From assembly GCA_047285805.1 (NCBI GenBank), contig JBJBCN010000002.1:187798-251797 (forward strand): DNA of 64,000 nucleotides. The letters are read 5' to 3'. Shown piece after piece: positions 1 to 8,656 of this stretch. A program made the position numbers and the translations under genes. The stretch is from Synechococcus sp. (GTDB lineage: Bacteria; Cyanobacteriota; Cyanobacteriia; PCC-6307; Cyanobiaceae). The notes below the pieces were generated by a model that saw only the letters and a list, made by a program, of their open reading frames with translations, did not search any database and was not told where the DNA came from. Each line of letters opens with the position of its first letter. Positions within the stretch are counted from its first letter, which is position 1.

Positions 1-209
1 GGGTCGTCGGGGGGGAAGTACTTGCCGATGTCCCCAAGGGACAAAGCCCCGAGCAGGGCATCCATGATCGCGTGCACAAGCACGTCGGCATCGCTGTGGC
101 CATCGAGCCCCAGGCCGGCGGGGTGCTCCAACCGTTTGCCCCCCAGGATCAGCGGCCGACCCGGCACCAGCCGGTGAATGTCGTATCCGTTGCCGATCCG
201 AAGCTGCAT
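1..209 (-). CDS. ispF: 2-C-methyl-D-erythritol 2,4-cyclodiphosphate synthase (5' part, runs off window)
   Basis: Manual translation from ATG at 209: [14 protein letters not shown]...[26 protein letters not shown], the canonical IspF motifs. Confidence 0.95.
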   Translation of the reverse strand, partial: MQLRIGNGYDIHRLVPGRPLILGGKRLEHPAGLGLDGHSDADVLVHAIMDALLGALSLGDIGKYFPPDD

Positions 210-237
210 GGGTGCCGGTTGCACTTGGTTTTGGAAC

Positions 238-663
238 CTAGGCGCTCGGCAGCACCTGCAGGTTGGTGCCGTCCCGGCCAGTCACCAGGACCTGGCTGCC
301 GGGTTGAAGGGCTTGGCCGGGCTCCAGATTCTCCGCTGCCCAGCTTTGGCCGTGCCAGAGCACCCGCCCCTGGTCGCTCCCTGTCTCAAAGCCACTGATC
401 ACCTCGGCGTACTGGGCCGCGTCGCTTTGGCGGATGGCCCGCTCTCGTTTGCGCGCGGACCAGCGCTGCAGCAGCACAAGCAGGGCGAGCGAGCCGGCGG
501 GAAAGAGCAGCAGCTGCAGCCCCAGGTTCAGGGGCAACCAGGCGCACAGCAACGAGACCAGTAGGGCGGAGAGGGCCGCGGCGAGCAGACCGTCGAATTC
601 CGCTCCGAGCCACTCCAGGGCCAAGAGGGCCAAGGCAACCAGAAACCAGAGCAGCGCAGTCAC
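238..663 (-). CDS. NfeD family membrane protein
   Basis: Hydrophobic N-terminus plus C-terminal OB fold ([13 protein letters not shown]...V.V.G.DG..L.V); likely start GTG at 663; adjacent to an SPFH gene. Confidence 0.8.
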   Translation of the reverse strand: MTALLWFLVALALLALEWLGAEFDGLLAAALSALLVSLLCAWLPLNLGLQLLLFPAGSLALLVLLQRWSARKRERAIRQSDAAQYAEVISGFETGSDQGRVLWHGQSWAAENLEPGQALQPGSQVLVTGRDGTNLQVLPSA

Positions 664-719
664 GGGGTTGCGATCAGGCAGCTGCTGCCTAGCTTGAAGC
701 CGACTGAGCGATTGGGCCA

Positions 720-1631
720 ATGGAAGCGCTGTTTGGCTTGCCGGCCCTCCTGGTGATGGCCTTTCTGGGGCTAAACAGCATCAAGGTCACCAGCGGCGGC
801 CAGTCCCGACTGGTGGAACGGCTCGGCAAGTACGACCGGCAACTACAGCCCGGCCTCTCCCTGGTGCTCCCGATGGTGGAGCGTGTGGTCAGCCATGAGT
901 CCCTGAAGGAGCGGGTGCTCGACATTCCGCCCCAGCAGTGCATCACCCGCGACAACGTCGCCATTGAGGTGGATGCGGTCGTCTACTGGCAGCTGCTGGA
1001 GCACGAGCGGGCCTATTACTCCGTCGACAACCTGCAGGCGGCGATGGTGAATCTGGTGCTGACCCAGATCCGCGCCGAGATGGGCAAGCTCGACCTCGAT
1101 CAAACCTTCACGACCCGCCAGGAGGTTAATGAGGCGCTGTTGCGGGAGTTGGATTCCGCCACCGATCCCTGGGGCGTGAAGGTGACCCGGGTGGAACTGC
1201 GCGACATTCAACCCTCCCGCGGGGTGCAGCAGGCGATGGAGCAGCAGATGACCGCGGAACGGGAGAAGCGCGCCGCGATCCTGCGCTCAGAGGGCGAAAA
1301 GGAGTCCCAGCTCAACGCGGCCCGGGGCCGCGCCGAAGCCCTCGTGCTCGATGCGAAGGCCAAGCAGGAAGCCTTGGTGTTGGAGGCGGAAGCCCAGGCC
1401 AAGCAGCAGGCCCTCTTGGCCCAGGCCCGCGCCGATGCGGCCAGCCGTTTGGCCGTGGCGATTCAGGAGAATCCCGAGGCGGCTGAGGCGATGCGCTTGC
1501 TGCTGGCAGGCGATTGGATGGCGATGGGCGAGCAGATGGCCCAGGCTCCTGGAGGCAGCGTCTTGATGGTGGACCCCCAAAGCCCGGCGGCCTTGATCTC
1601 GGCGCTCAAGGGGTTCCAGCTGCAGGATTAG
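720..1631 (+). CDS. SPFH/band 7 (stomatin-like) protein
   Basis: VERLGKY, DIPPQQCITRDNV.I.VDAVVY, DPWGVKVTRVELRDI, AERE.RA motifs. Confidence 0.92.
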   Translation: MEALFGLPALLVMAFLGLNSIKVTSGGQSRLVERLGKYDRQLQPGLSLVLPMVERVVSHESLKERVLDIPPQQCITRDNVAIEVDAVVYWQLLEHERAYYSVDNLQAAMVNLVLTQIRAEMGKLDLDQTFTTRQEVNEALLRELDSATDPWGVKVTRVELRDIQPSRGVQQAMEQQMTAEREKRAAILRSEGEKESQLNAARGRAEALVLDAKAKQEALVLEAEAQAKQQALLAQARADAASRLAVAIQENPEAAEAMRLLLAGDWMAMGEQMAQAPGGSVLMVDPQSPAALISALKGFQLQD

Positions 1632-2323
1632 CTCTGCTGCTTATCTTGCCAGCGGGCGTAAAGGTCCGGCCGGCGCTCGCGGGTGCGCTCCTCTTGCTGT
1701 TCAGCACGCCAGCGGGCAATGGCGCCGTGGTCGCCGCTGCGCAGAACAGCCGGGACGCTCATGCCACGAAAGTCCGCCGGGCGGGTGTAGTGGGGATGCT
1801 CCAGCAGCAGCGCGCTGTGGCTCTCCTCCTCCAGGCAGGCCTCGGTGCCGACGGTGCCGGGCAGCAGGCGAACCACCCCATTGATGATCGTCATCGCCGG
1901 CAGTTCGCCTCCGGTCAGCACGAAGTCGCCGATTGAGACCTCCTCGTCGGCCAAGGAGCGAATGCGCTCATCGAATCCTTCGTAGTGACCGCAGAGGAAG
2001 ACCAGCTGGTTGTAGTCCGCCGCCCAGCGGCTCAGGTTTACCTGACGCAAGGGTTGCCCCTGGGGGGACATCAACAGGGTGCGCCGGCGCGGTTGCACCG
2101 GGATCGACTCGAAGGCCGCAAAGACCGGCTCCGGCTTGAGCACCATGCCGGCACCGCCGCCATAGGGCTCATCGTCCACCTTGCGGTAGCGATCTGTGGC
2201 GAAGTCCCGCGGGTTGTGAACGTGAAGTTCAGCGCGTCCGGCGGCGAAGGCGCGGCCGATTACCCCCAGACCCTGCAGTGGCGCAAAGGCCTCCGGGGTC
2301 AGGCTGACCACATCGAGACGCAT
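1628..2323 (-). CDS. trmD: tRNA (guanine-N1)-methyltransferase
   Basis: VDDEPYGGGAGMVLKPEP, CGHYEGFDER, SIGDFVLTGGE, YTRP motifs. Confidence 0.97.
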   Translation of the reverse strand: MRLDVVSLTPEAFAPLQGLGVIGRAFAAGRAELHVHNPRDFATDRYRKVDDEPYGGGAGMVLKPEPVFAAFESIPVQPRRRTLLMSPQGQPLRQVNLSRWAADYNQLVFLCGHYEGFDERIRSLADEEVSIGDFVLTGGELPAMTIINGVVRLLPGTVGTEACLEEESHSALLLEHPHYTRPADFRGMSVPAVLRSGDHGAIARWRAEQQEERTRERRPDLYARWQDKQQS

Positions 2324-2326
2324 CGC

Positions 2327-2794
2327 TTAGGCGGCGGGCCGGCTGACCCGGCGGATTTCAGAGCTGAAGCTGGCGCGGCCCGGGGTGCCATCGGCGGGCT
2401 GCTCGATGGTGGAGCGCAGGCGCAGGTTTGGTTTGTTGAACCAGATCCGCTCACGGATTTCGCTGTCGTCCTGCTTGACGATCAGCTCGAGGCTGCTGTC
2501 GGGCCAGAGGGTCCAGCGGCCCTGCTGCTCTCCGGCTTGGAACTGGCCATCGGCCTGGAACTGCAGTTGTCTCGGGGCCTGGTCCTTGGGGCCGACGCTC
2601 AGGCCGCCGGGGTTGCCTTCGAGGTGGCGCACCACCAGTTCCCCGCGTTCGCTGCTATGCCATTCATCGCCCTCACCTCCCTCGCTTTCGTCGCCAAGGA
2701 CAAAGCGGGATCGAAGGCACATCCATTCGCCTTCGCAGAGCTGCAGGAAGGCTTCGATCGAGTCCGGGGGAAAGGAGGCGGTGTCGCTCATCAA
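2327..2794 (-). CDS. CpcS/CpeS-family phycobiliprotein lyase
   Basis: F.....GEW..LRS N-terminus and ERIWF.KPNLRLRS....SF.SEIRR C-terminus typical of S/U-type lyases. Confidence 0.8.
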   Translation of the reverse strand: MMSDTASFPPDSIEAFLQLCEGEWMCLRSRFVLGDESEGGEGDEWHSSERGELVVRHLEGNPGGLSVGPKDQAPRQLQFQADGQFQAGEQQGRWTLWPDSSLELIVKQDDSEIRERIWFNKPNLRLRSTIEQPADGTPGRASFSSEIRRVSRPAA

Positions 2795-2803
2795 TGGATT
2801 CTC

Positions 2804-3787
2804 TCAGCTGTCGCCGCGGTACCCGAGTTCCGCGAGCCGCGATGAGCTGCGGCGCCAGTTGGGAACGACCTTGACGAAGAGCTCCAGGTATACCGGGCCG
2901 GAGATCAGCTTCTGCATCTGTTGGCGAGCGCCCGTGCCGATCTGGCGAAGCATCCGTCCGCCTTTGCCGATCAGGATTCCTTTCTGACTGGTGCGCTCCA
3001 CGAGCACGGTGGCAAGGACCGCGGTGCGCTCCTTGTCATCGACGATCCGCTCGATTTGCACGGCGACTGAGTGGGGGATCTCTTCGCGGGTGTGCTGGAG
3101 GACCTGCTCGCGAATCAGCTCCGCCAGCAGCAGCTGCTCCGGTTGGTCGCTGACCGCATCGGGGGGGTAGAGGTGCGGCCCCTCCGGCAGCTCAGCCGCC
3201 AGGGCATTGACGAGCGCATCGGTGCCATCGCCATTGAGGGCGCTGACGGGGTGGAGGGGCCAACTAGGTACGAGTTCGCGGTAGCTGGTCTCCAGCTCGG
3301 CGGCCTGGTCGGGATCCACGAGATCGCATTTGTTTAGGGCGACCTGGACTGGCACTTTGGTGCGCTCGAGCAGCTCGACGATGAAGCCATCCCCGCGGCC
3401 GGCGGCCTGGCTGCCATCCACAAGCAGCAGCACCTGATCGACTTCACCGATCGCGCCACGGGCGGTCTGTACGAGCCGCTCCCCCAGCAGGTGATGGGGC
3501 TTGTGGATCCCGGGGGTGTCCACGAGCACCAGCTGGGCCGTGGGCGTGGTGAGGATCGCCCGCAGCCGGTTGCGGGTGGTTTGGGCCACCGGGGAGGTGA
3601 TTGCCACCTTCTCGCCGACCAATTGATTCATCAGGGTGGACTTGCCCACGTTGGGCCGTCCCACTAGGGCGACAAAGCCTGAACGAAAGCCTTCGGGGCT
3701 CTGCCCCAGGGTGAAGCCACCGGCTACGGCCTTGGCCGGCAGATCGCTGAGATCTGGGAAAGGCAGCAACTGGTCGTGTGACTCCAT
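2804..3787 (-). CDS. era: GTPase Era
   Basis: GRPNVGKS, QTTR, DTPG, NKCD, KH domain (REEIPHSVAV, GILIGKGG); start uncertain (ATG 3787 or TTG 3808). Confidence 0.97.
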   Translation of the reverse strand: MESHDQLLPFPDLSDLPAKAVAGGFTLGQSPEGFRSGFVALVGRPNVGKSTLMNQLVGEKVAITSPVAQTTRNRLRAILTTPTAQLVLVDTPGIHKPHHLLGERLVQTARGAIGEVDQVLLLVDGSQAAGRGDGFIVELLERTKVPVQVALNKCDLVDPDQAAELETSYRELVPSWPLHPVSALNGDGTDALVNALAAELPEGPHLYPPDAVSDQPEQLLLAELIREQVLQHTREEIPHSVAVQIERIVDDKERTAVLATVLVERTSQKGILIGKGGRMLRQIGTGARQQMQKLISGPVYLELFVKVVPNWRRSSSRLAELGYRGDS

Positions 3788-3905
3788 AGTCTCAACAAAT
3801 GTGTTCAAGCGTTGCTATTACTGAGATCACAGGCGTGCACTGACCTCTGGACAGACACTAAGCACAGACATTTGACCTCTTTCACGCATCGTTCCACTCA
3901 ACTCC

Positions 3906-5054
3906 ATGGCCCGGCCTGTCTCTGGTCCAAGACGCATCGACAACAGCGGTACGTGGTTCGCCGTGAAGATCATTGGCGGCCGCAAATTCATGAAGTCCCT
4001 CGGGACGAAGAACAAGGTTGAGGCACTGAGGCGCTGGCCCGCTGCTCTCGAAGATCTCGAGCGTCGAGCAAACCCTGAGAAGCCAAGACCTACTGATGTC
4101 CTGGACGTCAGCCACCTCGATCCGACCACTGGGAAGCAGTGGGAGGAGCGGGAACGTGCCATCGACTTGCTCCCTGCCTCAGCCATCGACTGGTCCGAGA
4201 ATGAGGAAGACGACGGAAAGATCTCATGGACCGAGGCGGCAACCATCGCGGAGCAGCGTTGGAAGCGAAAGAACGGAGGGGAGGGCTACAGCCGCACGTG
4301 GTGGGAGGCGACACGTCGTGCCATCACCTTCTGCCCAGTGGGACCGGAGGAGCTTCAGCCTCGGCATATCCGCCAGATGATCATCGAGATGGAGGCCGCC
4401 GGCATGAGGCCTCAGTCCGCCTCTCAACGATGCAGCTGCCTCTCTAGTCTGCTAACTGCACTCATCAAGTCCGGTGCTGCTGACCACCTGACCAACCCAT
4501 TCAGCAAGGTCGATTACTCGGTCAAGAGCAGGATCCATTACAGAACCCCATCAACTCAGGAGTACAAGGCGGTGTGGCAAAGGAGGCACGAGATGCCCGA
4601 AGGCTGCGCTGAGGTGCTCGAGATCCTGATCTTCAGTGGTGCTCGCATCGAAGAGGTGCTGCAAGCGAGGTACAGCGATGGGTGGATGACCATGGAGAAG
4701 ACCCCTGATTGGTCACCGAAGAACGCAACCTCCTATCGACGACTGCCATTGCCTGAGGGCATGGCCCTCTCTCGTTTCAGCACGCCAAGCGCTCAGGTGT
4801 TCAGGAAGAAGATGAAGCGGATTGCCCCAGCAGTGGAGGAAGCGGCGTCCATGCCGCTTACTCCGCATTGCTTCAGGCACGGATGGAGAACAGCAGCCCG
4901 GATGGGTGGAGCTGACGATTACCTCAGCGAACGACTGCTGGGTCACCGGGCAGGGTTAGCCATGTCGATGACGTACGGCGAGTACCCGGATGAGCTGCTG
5001 CAGCGAGAGGCCGAGAAGGTCTGGGCTGTGCTGCGTCAGTGGCTCGACAGCTGA
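3906..5054 (+). CDS. Tyrosine recombinase/integrase
   Basis: Full catalytic set: SGARIEE (R), PKN (K), HCFRH (HxxR), LGH (H), MTYG (Y); N-terminal KSLGTKN..EA arm-binding-like motif. Confidence 0.92.
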   Translation: MARPVSGPRRIDNSGTWFAVKIIGGRKFMKSLGTKNKVEALRRWPAALEDLERRANPEKPRPTDVLDVSHLDPTTGKQWEERERAIDLLPASAIDWSENEEDDGKISWTEAATIAEQRWKRKNGGEGYSRTWWEATRRAITFCPVGPEELQPRHIRQMIIEMEAAGMRPQSASQRCSCLSSLLTALIKSGAADHLTNPFSKVDYSVKSRIHYRTPSTQEYKAVWQRRHEMPEGCAEVLEILIFSGARIEEVLQARYSDGWMTMEKTPDWSPKNATSYRRLPLPEGMALSRFSTPSAQVFRKKMKRIAPAVEEAASMPLTPHCFRHGWRTAARMGGADDYLSERLLGHRAGLAMSMTYGEYPDELLQREAEKVWAVLRQWLDS

Positions 5055-5230
5055 ATCGAGCAACAGTCGATTTGGCTGTCGGGGGTAAATCTCCTCAACA
5101 GTTGATTTAGTTGCCCCATCAATCCTTTGTTGTGAAAGGTCAACACGCCTCGAGTAAATCGTCAGGACACACAAGTTGACAAACTCAGAATCTGAAGCAA
5201 ATCAGCAGGAGCTTTTTGCTCTCGCTGAGA

Positions 5231-6445
5231 TTAAGTATTTGCTCCTGCCGATTTCAACTTCTTAAGCACCTGCATGCAGGTCCATTTCAGTGGTACCCAC
5301 TGCGCCTTTGTCGCGAGTTGCTCCAGCAGCCCTGCTTGATCATCCAGGCCCATTGCAAGGCAGCCCCAGGCAGCGGCAATCCTGGATTTGGTGTACTGAG
5401 GAATAGTTTCAGCCAGTGCCAGCCGCACCAGTTCGCTTCTAGTTTCAATCCTTTGAAGGCTGACCACGGCAGTGAGGTAGTAGTGCGTGACGTAATCACT
5501 CCATAACTTGTCTTTGATTCGGTCAATCAGGACGAGTTTCTCCTCTTCTTCCATCGACATCAGGCTTGCAGCGCCACCGTATTGACGTGCTTCATCCCTG
5601 TGTTGAAGATTGTTTTCGATTTCATCGGCGTTAACGTCACAGACCCATTCCGTTCTCAGCTTTAAATTTTGTGGATTGTCCTGCAGTAATTGAGTGATCA
5701 ATCCTTCGTACTCTTGAGGGACAACACAGGTTTTCCCTGGATCAACCAGTTGAAAGGCACTTCTCGCTCGTAGGGACATTGAGACCGGAGCCGTCGCTAG
5801 TGACTCGAGTCGACTGACGTCCCCTGCATCGCCAAGATCAATGACTGCAGAACGGCGTCGACCCGCGATTGGGTCCACCAGTTGGGGAACCAAGGTATCT
5901 AAGGCTGTTGTCCTGCCATGAACCTTTGAGCCATAGGCTCTGGCTGCTCCCGACACCAGTGGATTTGGGTCTTCGTCAAAGGGCTTGATGGCATGGTCTG
6001 CGCCTTCAATTCCAAGCCGGGTATGAGCTTGGATCACGGCGCGTTTTTGGATGTCCTCTCCTCCCAGGGCCTGAAGTAGCTGATTTTGCTGCTCGGTATC
6101 CAGCTCGGAGCTGATTTTTGTGATCGAGTCCACTGCGTTGATCACAGCTGATTCATCGCTGCAGCTCAATGCTGCAAACAGAACAGGCAGTGCTTTGGGG
6201 TTGCGCCGCCGTCCCAAGGCGTCTAGGGCTTTTCTTATCGTAATCCGATCAAACAGGTTGTCAGGACTGAGTTGCGCGGCTTCGATCAGTGTGTTCAGGG
6301 ACTCTTCGCTGTCACTGGCACCTAGCCTCGTTGCTGCCATGTACTTATCAACTGGTCGCTCCAGCGAGTCCGGGGCAGCCAGAATGATGCTGATCGCACG
6401 TTCCTCAGTAAGGCCTTCTACAAGATTGTCAAAACGTTCAGGCAT
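5231..6445 (-). CDS. mpeZ: Phycoerythrin-II bilin lyase-isomerase, MpeZ-like (E/F clan, MpeQWYZ family)
   Basis: [81 protein letters not shown] match my recollection of MpeZ; Y318-V319-T320 by my count. Confidence 0.82.
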   Translation of the reverse strand: MPERFDNLVEGLTEERAISIILAAPDSLERPVDKYMAATRLGASDSEESLNTLIEAAQLSPDNLFDRITIRKALDALGRRRNPKALPVLFAALSCSDESAVINAVDSITKISSELDTEQQNQLLQALGGEDIQKRAVIQAHTRLGIEGADHAIKPFDEDPNPLVSGAARAYGSKVHGRTTALDTLVPQLVDPIAGRRRSAVIDLGDAGDVSRLESLATAPVSMSLRARSAFQLVDPGKTCVVPQEYEGLITQLLQDNPQNLKLRTEWVCDVNADEIENNLQHRDEARQYGGAASLMSMEEEEKLVLIDRIKDKLWSDYVTHYYLTAVVSLQRIETRSELVRLALAETIPQYTKSRIAAAWGCLAMGLDDQAGLLEQLATKAQWVPLKWTCMQVLKKLKSAGANT

Positions 6446-6529
6446 TGATGAGCCTTTTGATTAATAGTTCCAATTAGCGATTGACTCGCCAGAGGTCAAA
6501 ATCTTGGGTCGACGCGGGCTGAGATTTGC

Positions 6530-6599
6530 GCCAAGAGCCGTTGGCTGACCTTATAGCCAGATATTATCATGCCATTGCTGTGCCAAGAGGTCTTGGCTG
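6530..6599. promoter_or_regulatory. Two GCCAA-N6-TTGGC palindromes upstream of the mpeZ-like gene
   Basis: gccaagagccgttggctg (6530-6547) and gccaagaggtcttggctg (6582-6599), 52 bp apart, flanking AT-rich -10-like sequence on the minus strand. Confidence 0.4.
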
Positions 6600-7247
6600 C
6601 CGCAGTCAGTAGTCTTCATCCTTGTTTCTGTATGTCTCTGATTGTTTTTTTATTAATCATTTGAGCTTTAGATGTTATGAGGGGGTATTAGTCCAGGTAT
6701 GTCCCCCTGCTTTGCCAAGAAGAGGGGGTGGGGTACTTCGTTTTTCTTGGGGAGGGGGCACCCCTCATGGTTCGACCTGCTCCGAAACGCAAGTCGGGGT
6801 TGCAATGTGGCGAAATCCTGGCCAATCCAGTGGTATCACTCGGTTCCGACTACTAACCGAATCTGGTTGACGTCCAAGAGTTTTTTATGCATACGGTCAG
6901 TGACCGAGGATGAGAACCATTCGCCTCGCTCGCGTTCTTAATGCCTGCGCGGCTGCGCGCGTCTTTCTTTGGTTGTCTGTTGCGCACAAATTTATACCTA
7001 GGTAGAACACTGAATATATTGCAGGAGGCCTCTGTAAGGGTCCGCAAGGGGCCTCTCGGCTTCCCTGGCGTTGGCCTGCCGTCCAACGACTACAAGCCCT
7101 TCCAGGCGTTTTTGGGCAGACCTAGTCACAGGTGCCATCTCTTGTCACTGCAGACACTAAGCGCATAAGCCCTTGCTGAGAACCCGCATCAGCACTGAAG
7201 TTCTGTGACTAGACTTGCAAGCTAACCTTGGCAGTCCAACCTCCCCC

Positions 7248-7775
7248 ATGACTGAAGCCGCCCCGCTGGAGCCCACGTTTCAACAGGCGATGGAGATCAC
7301 GGCCCAGTGGCTGGCGCTCTGGGAAAACGGCGAACTCAGCGATGAGGTGATCGGCGATCGGGTTTCCGAGTTGGTGGCCAGTCGTGATGGAGCCCGGGGG
7401 TTCTTTGTGGTGTCCTTGGCTGGGGATTGTCCGTTGATGGATCGCCTGCCGGATCCGGTCGTCTTTGCCCTGCGCCAGGCCGGCGACGGGGTGGTGGACC
7501 TCAGTGCTCGCAACCTGGCCATGAGCACGGCGATGGCGCTGCACCACGAGCGCAACGCCGATGCAGTTCAGCAGGCGGGATCGGAGCGGGTTCAATCCCG
7601 CTGCACCGAACTCCTGCGGCTCATGGAGCAGGAAGCAGTGAAAGGGCGACTGGAAACCCTGCTGGAGGCCACCGAGGGCCGGGGTGAGGACGTGGCCTTC
7701 CTGAAACGCTGGGGCTACGACGCCGGTCAGACCGCTGCAATTGCTGAGGCGGTGTTGGCCGTGGCCCAAGGCTGA
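7248..7775 (+). CDS. Conserved cyanobacterial hypothetical protein
   Basis: Host-like codon usage; V..RDGARGFFV and L.V.NLAMSTAM motifs. Confidence 0.75.
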   Translation: MTEAAPLEPTFQQAMEITAQWLALWENGELSDEVIGDRVSELVASRDGARGFFVVSLAGDCPLMDRLPDPVVFALRQAGDGVVDLSARNLAMSTAMALHHERNADAVQQAGSERVQSRCTELLRLMEQEAVKGRLETLLEATEGRGEDVAFLKRWGYDAGQTAAIAEAVLAVAQG

Positions 7776-7796
7776 GTTGTTTCGAGATTGGCCAAC

Positions 7797-7822
7797 AAAA
7801 AAGCGCCCTCGAGGGGCGCTTT
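7797..7822. terminator. Probable bidirectional intrinsic terminator
   Basis: Stem aaagcgccc/gggcgcttt, loop tcgag, A-tract on the left; lies between convergent genes. Confidence 0.7.
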
Positions 7823-7846
7823 GCTGTCTGAAGGGGTTGATCTGGA

Positions 7847-8581
7847 TCAGTCACGCCGACCGCCACCGTTGAGGGCGATCACCAGGCGCAGGATGAAGAT
7901 GAACAGGTTGATGTAGGTCAGGTACATGCTCAGCGCGCCGGCCAGGTACTGGTCGTCGCTGTAGGTGCGGGGCATCGTGTAAAAGTCCACGAAGGCTGCG
8001 CCCACGAAGATCACGGTGCCGAAGCCGGCGATCAGCAGCTCCATGCCGCCCATGCCGAAGCCGGGCACGAAGATGCCGCCGACGATCTGGACGACCATGG
8101 CGATCACCAGGCCGAGTATGCCCAGGCCGACCACGCCGCTGAGGGCTTGACCGACGCTGTCGCTCATGCGACGGCCCATGACGGAGGCAGCCACGAAGGT
8201 GACGCCAGTAGCCAGGGCGGCGGTGCCGATGGCGCCGATGCCCGCGGTGCCGATGGCCAGGGCCACGATGCCGCTCAGGGTAAAGCCGGTGATCAGGCTG
8301 TAGGCCGCCATGAGCGGCAGGGCGGTGCTGTTGTTCCCCTTCAGGGCCACGTTCTGGGCCACGAAGAAGAGGATGAAGTTTCCGATCAGGGCCACCCAGA
8401 ACAGAGGCATGAACCCGGTGGGGTTGCTGGCCAACAGGGCAAGGCCGCCCATGACGCCACCGGCGGTGAGCACCATGCCGCCGCCCACGTAGGGCAGCGC
8501 TTTATTGACCACGTTGGGCCCCACGAGGGCGCTGGATTGCGCCTCGCGGATGGCCTCCTGGAAATTGCTGCTGGCCGGCAT
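7847..8581 (-). CDS. Bax inhibitor-1/YccA family membrane protein
   Basis: About 7 hydrophobic segments; C-terminal ALSMYLTYINLFIFILRL. Confidence 0.85.
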   Translation of the reverse strand: MPASSNFQEAIREAQSSALVGPNVVNKALPYVGGGMVLTAGGVMGGLALLASNPTGFMPLFWVALIGNFILFFVAQNVALKGNNSTALPLMAAYSLITGFTLSGIVALAIGTAGIGAIGTAALATGVTFVAASVMGRRMSDSVGQALSGVVGLGILGLVIAMVVQIVGGIFVPGFGMGGMELLIAGFGTVIFVGAAFVDFYTMPRTYSDDQYLAGALSMYLTYINLFIFILRLVIALNGGGRRD

Positions 8582-8656
8582 GGCACAGAGAATGACTGGC
8601 TTCATCCTGCCAGCGATCTCCGGGTTGTGTGCCCTTTGGGGGTGTGGATCCCCCGA

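Larger units (their letters stand above)
3827..7212. mobile_element. Putative minimal integrative element (integrase plus mpeZ-like cargo)
   Basis: Integrase, low-GC cargo and matching motif tcacagg-N18-cagacactaagc at 3827-3863 and 7126-7162; lies in the divergent intergenic region between era and a conserved hypothetical gene; exact ends not resolved. Confidence 0.7.

Noticed and set aside
679-1640. Possible invertible segment around the SPFH gene
   Set aside because: Only weak direct similarity (cagctgc...tagct), no inverted repeats, and the stop overlaps trmD.
6622-7168. Short ORFs upstream of mpeZ as possible fciA/fciB/fciC/unk10 remnants
   Set aside because: No AraC HTH or RHH pattern recognisable in the translations; they look like chance ORFs in AT-rich DNA. 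A blastx would be needed to exclude highly decayed remnants.
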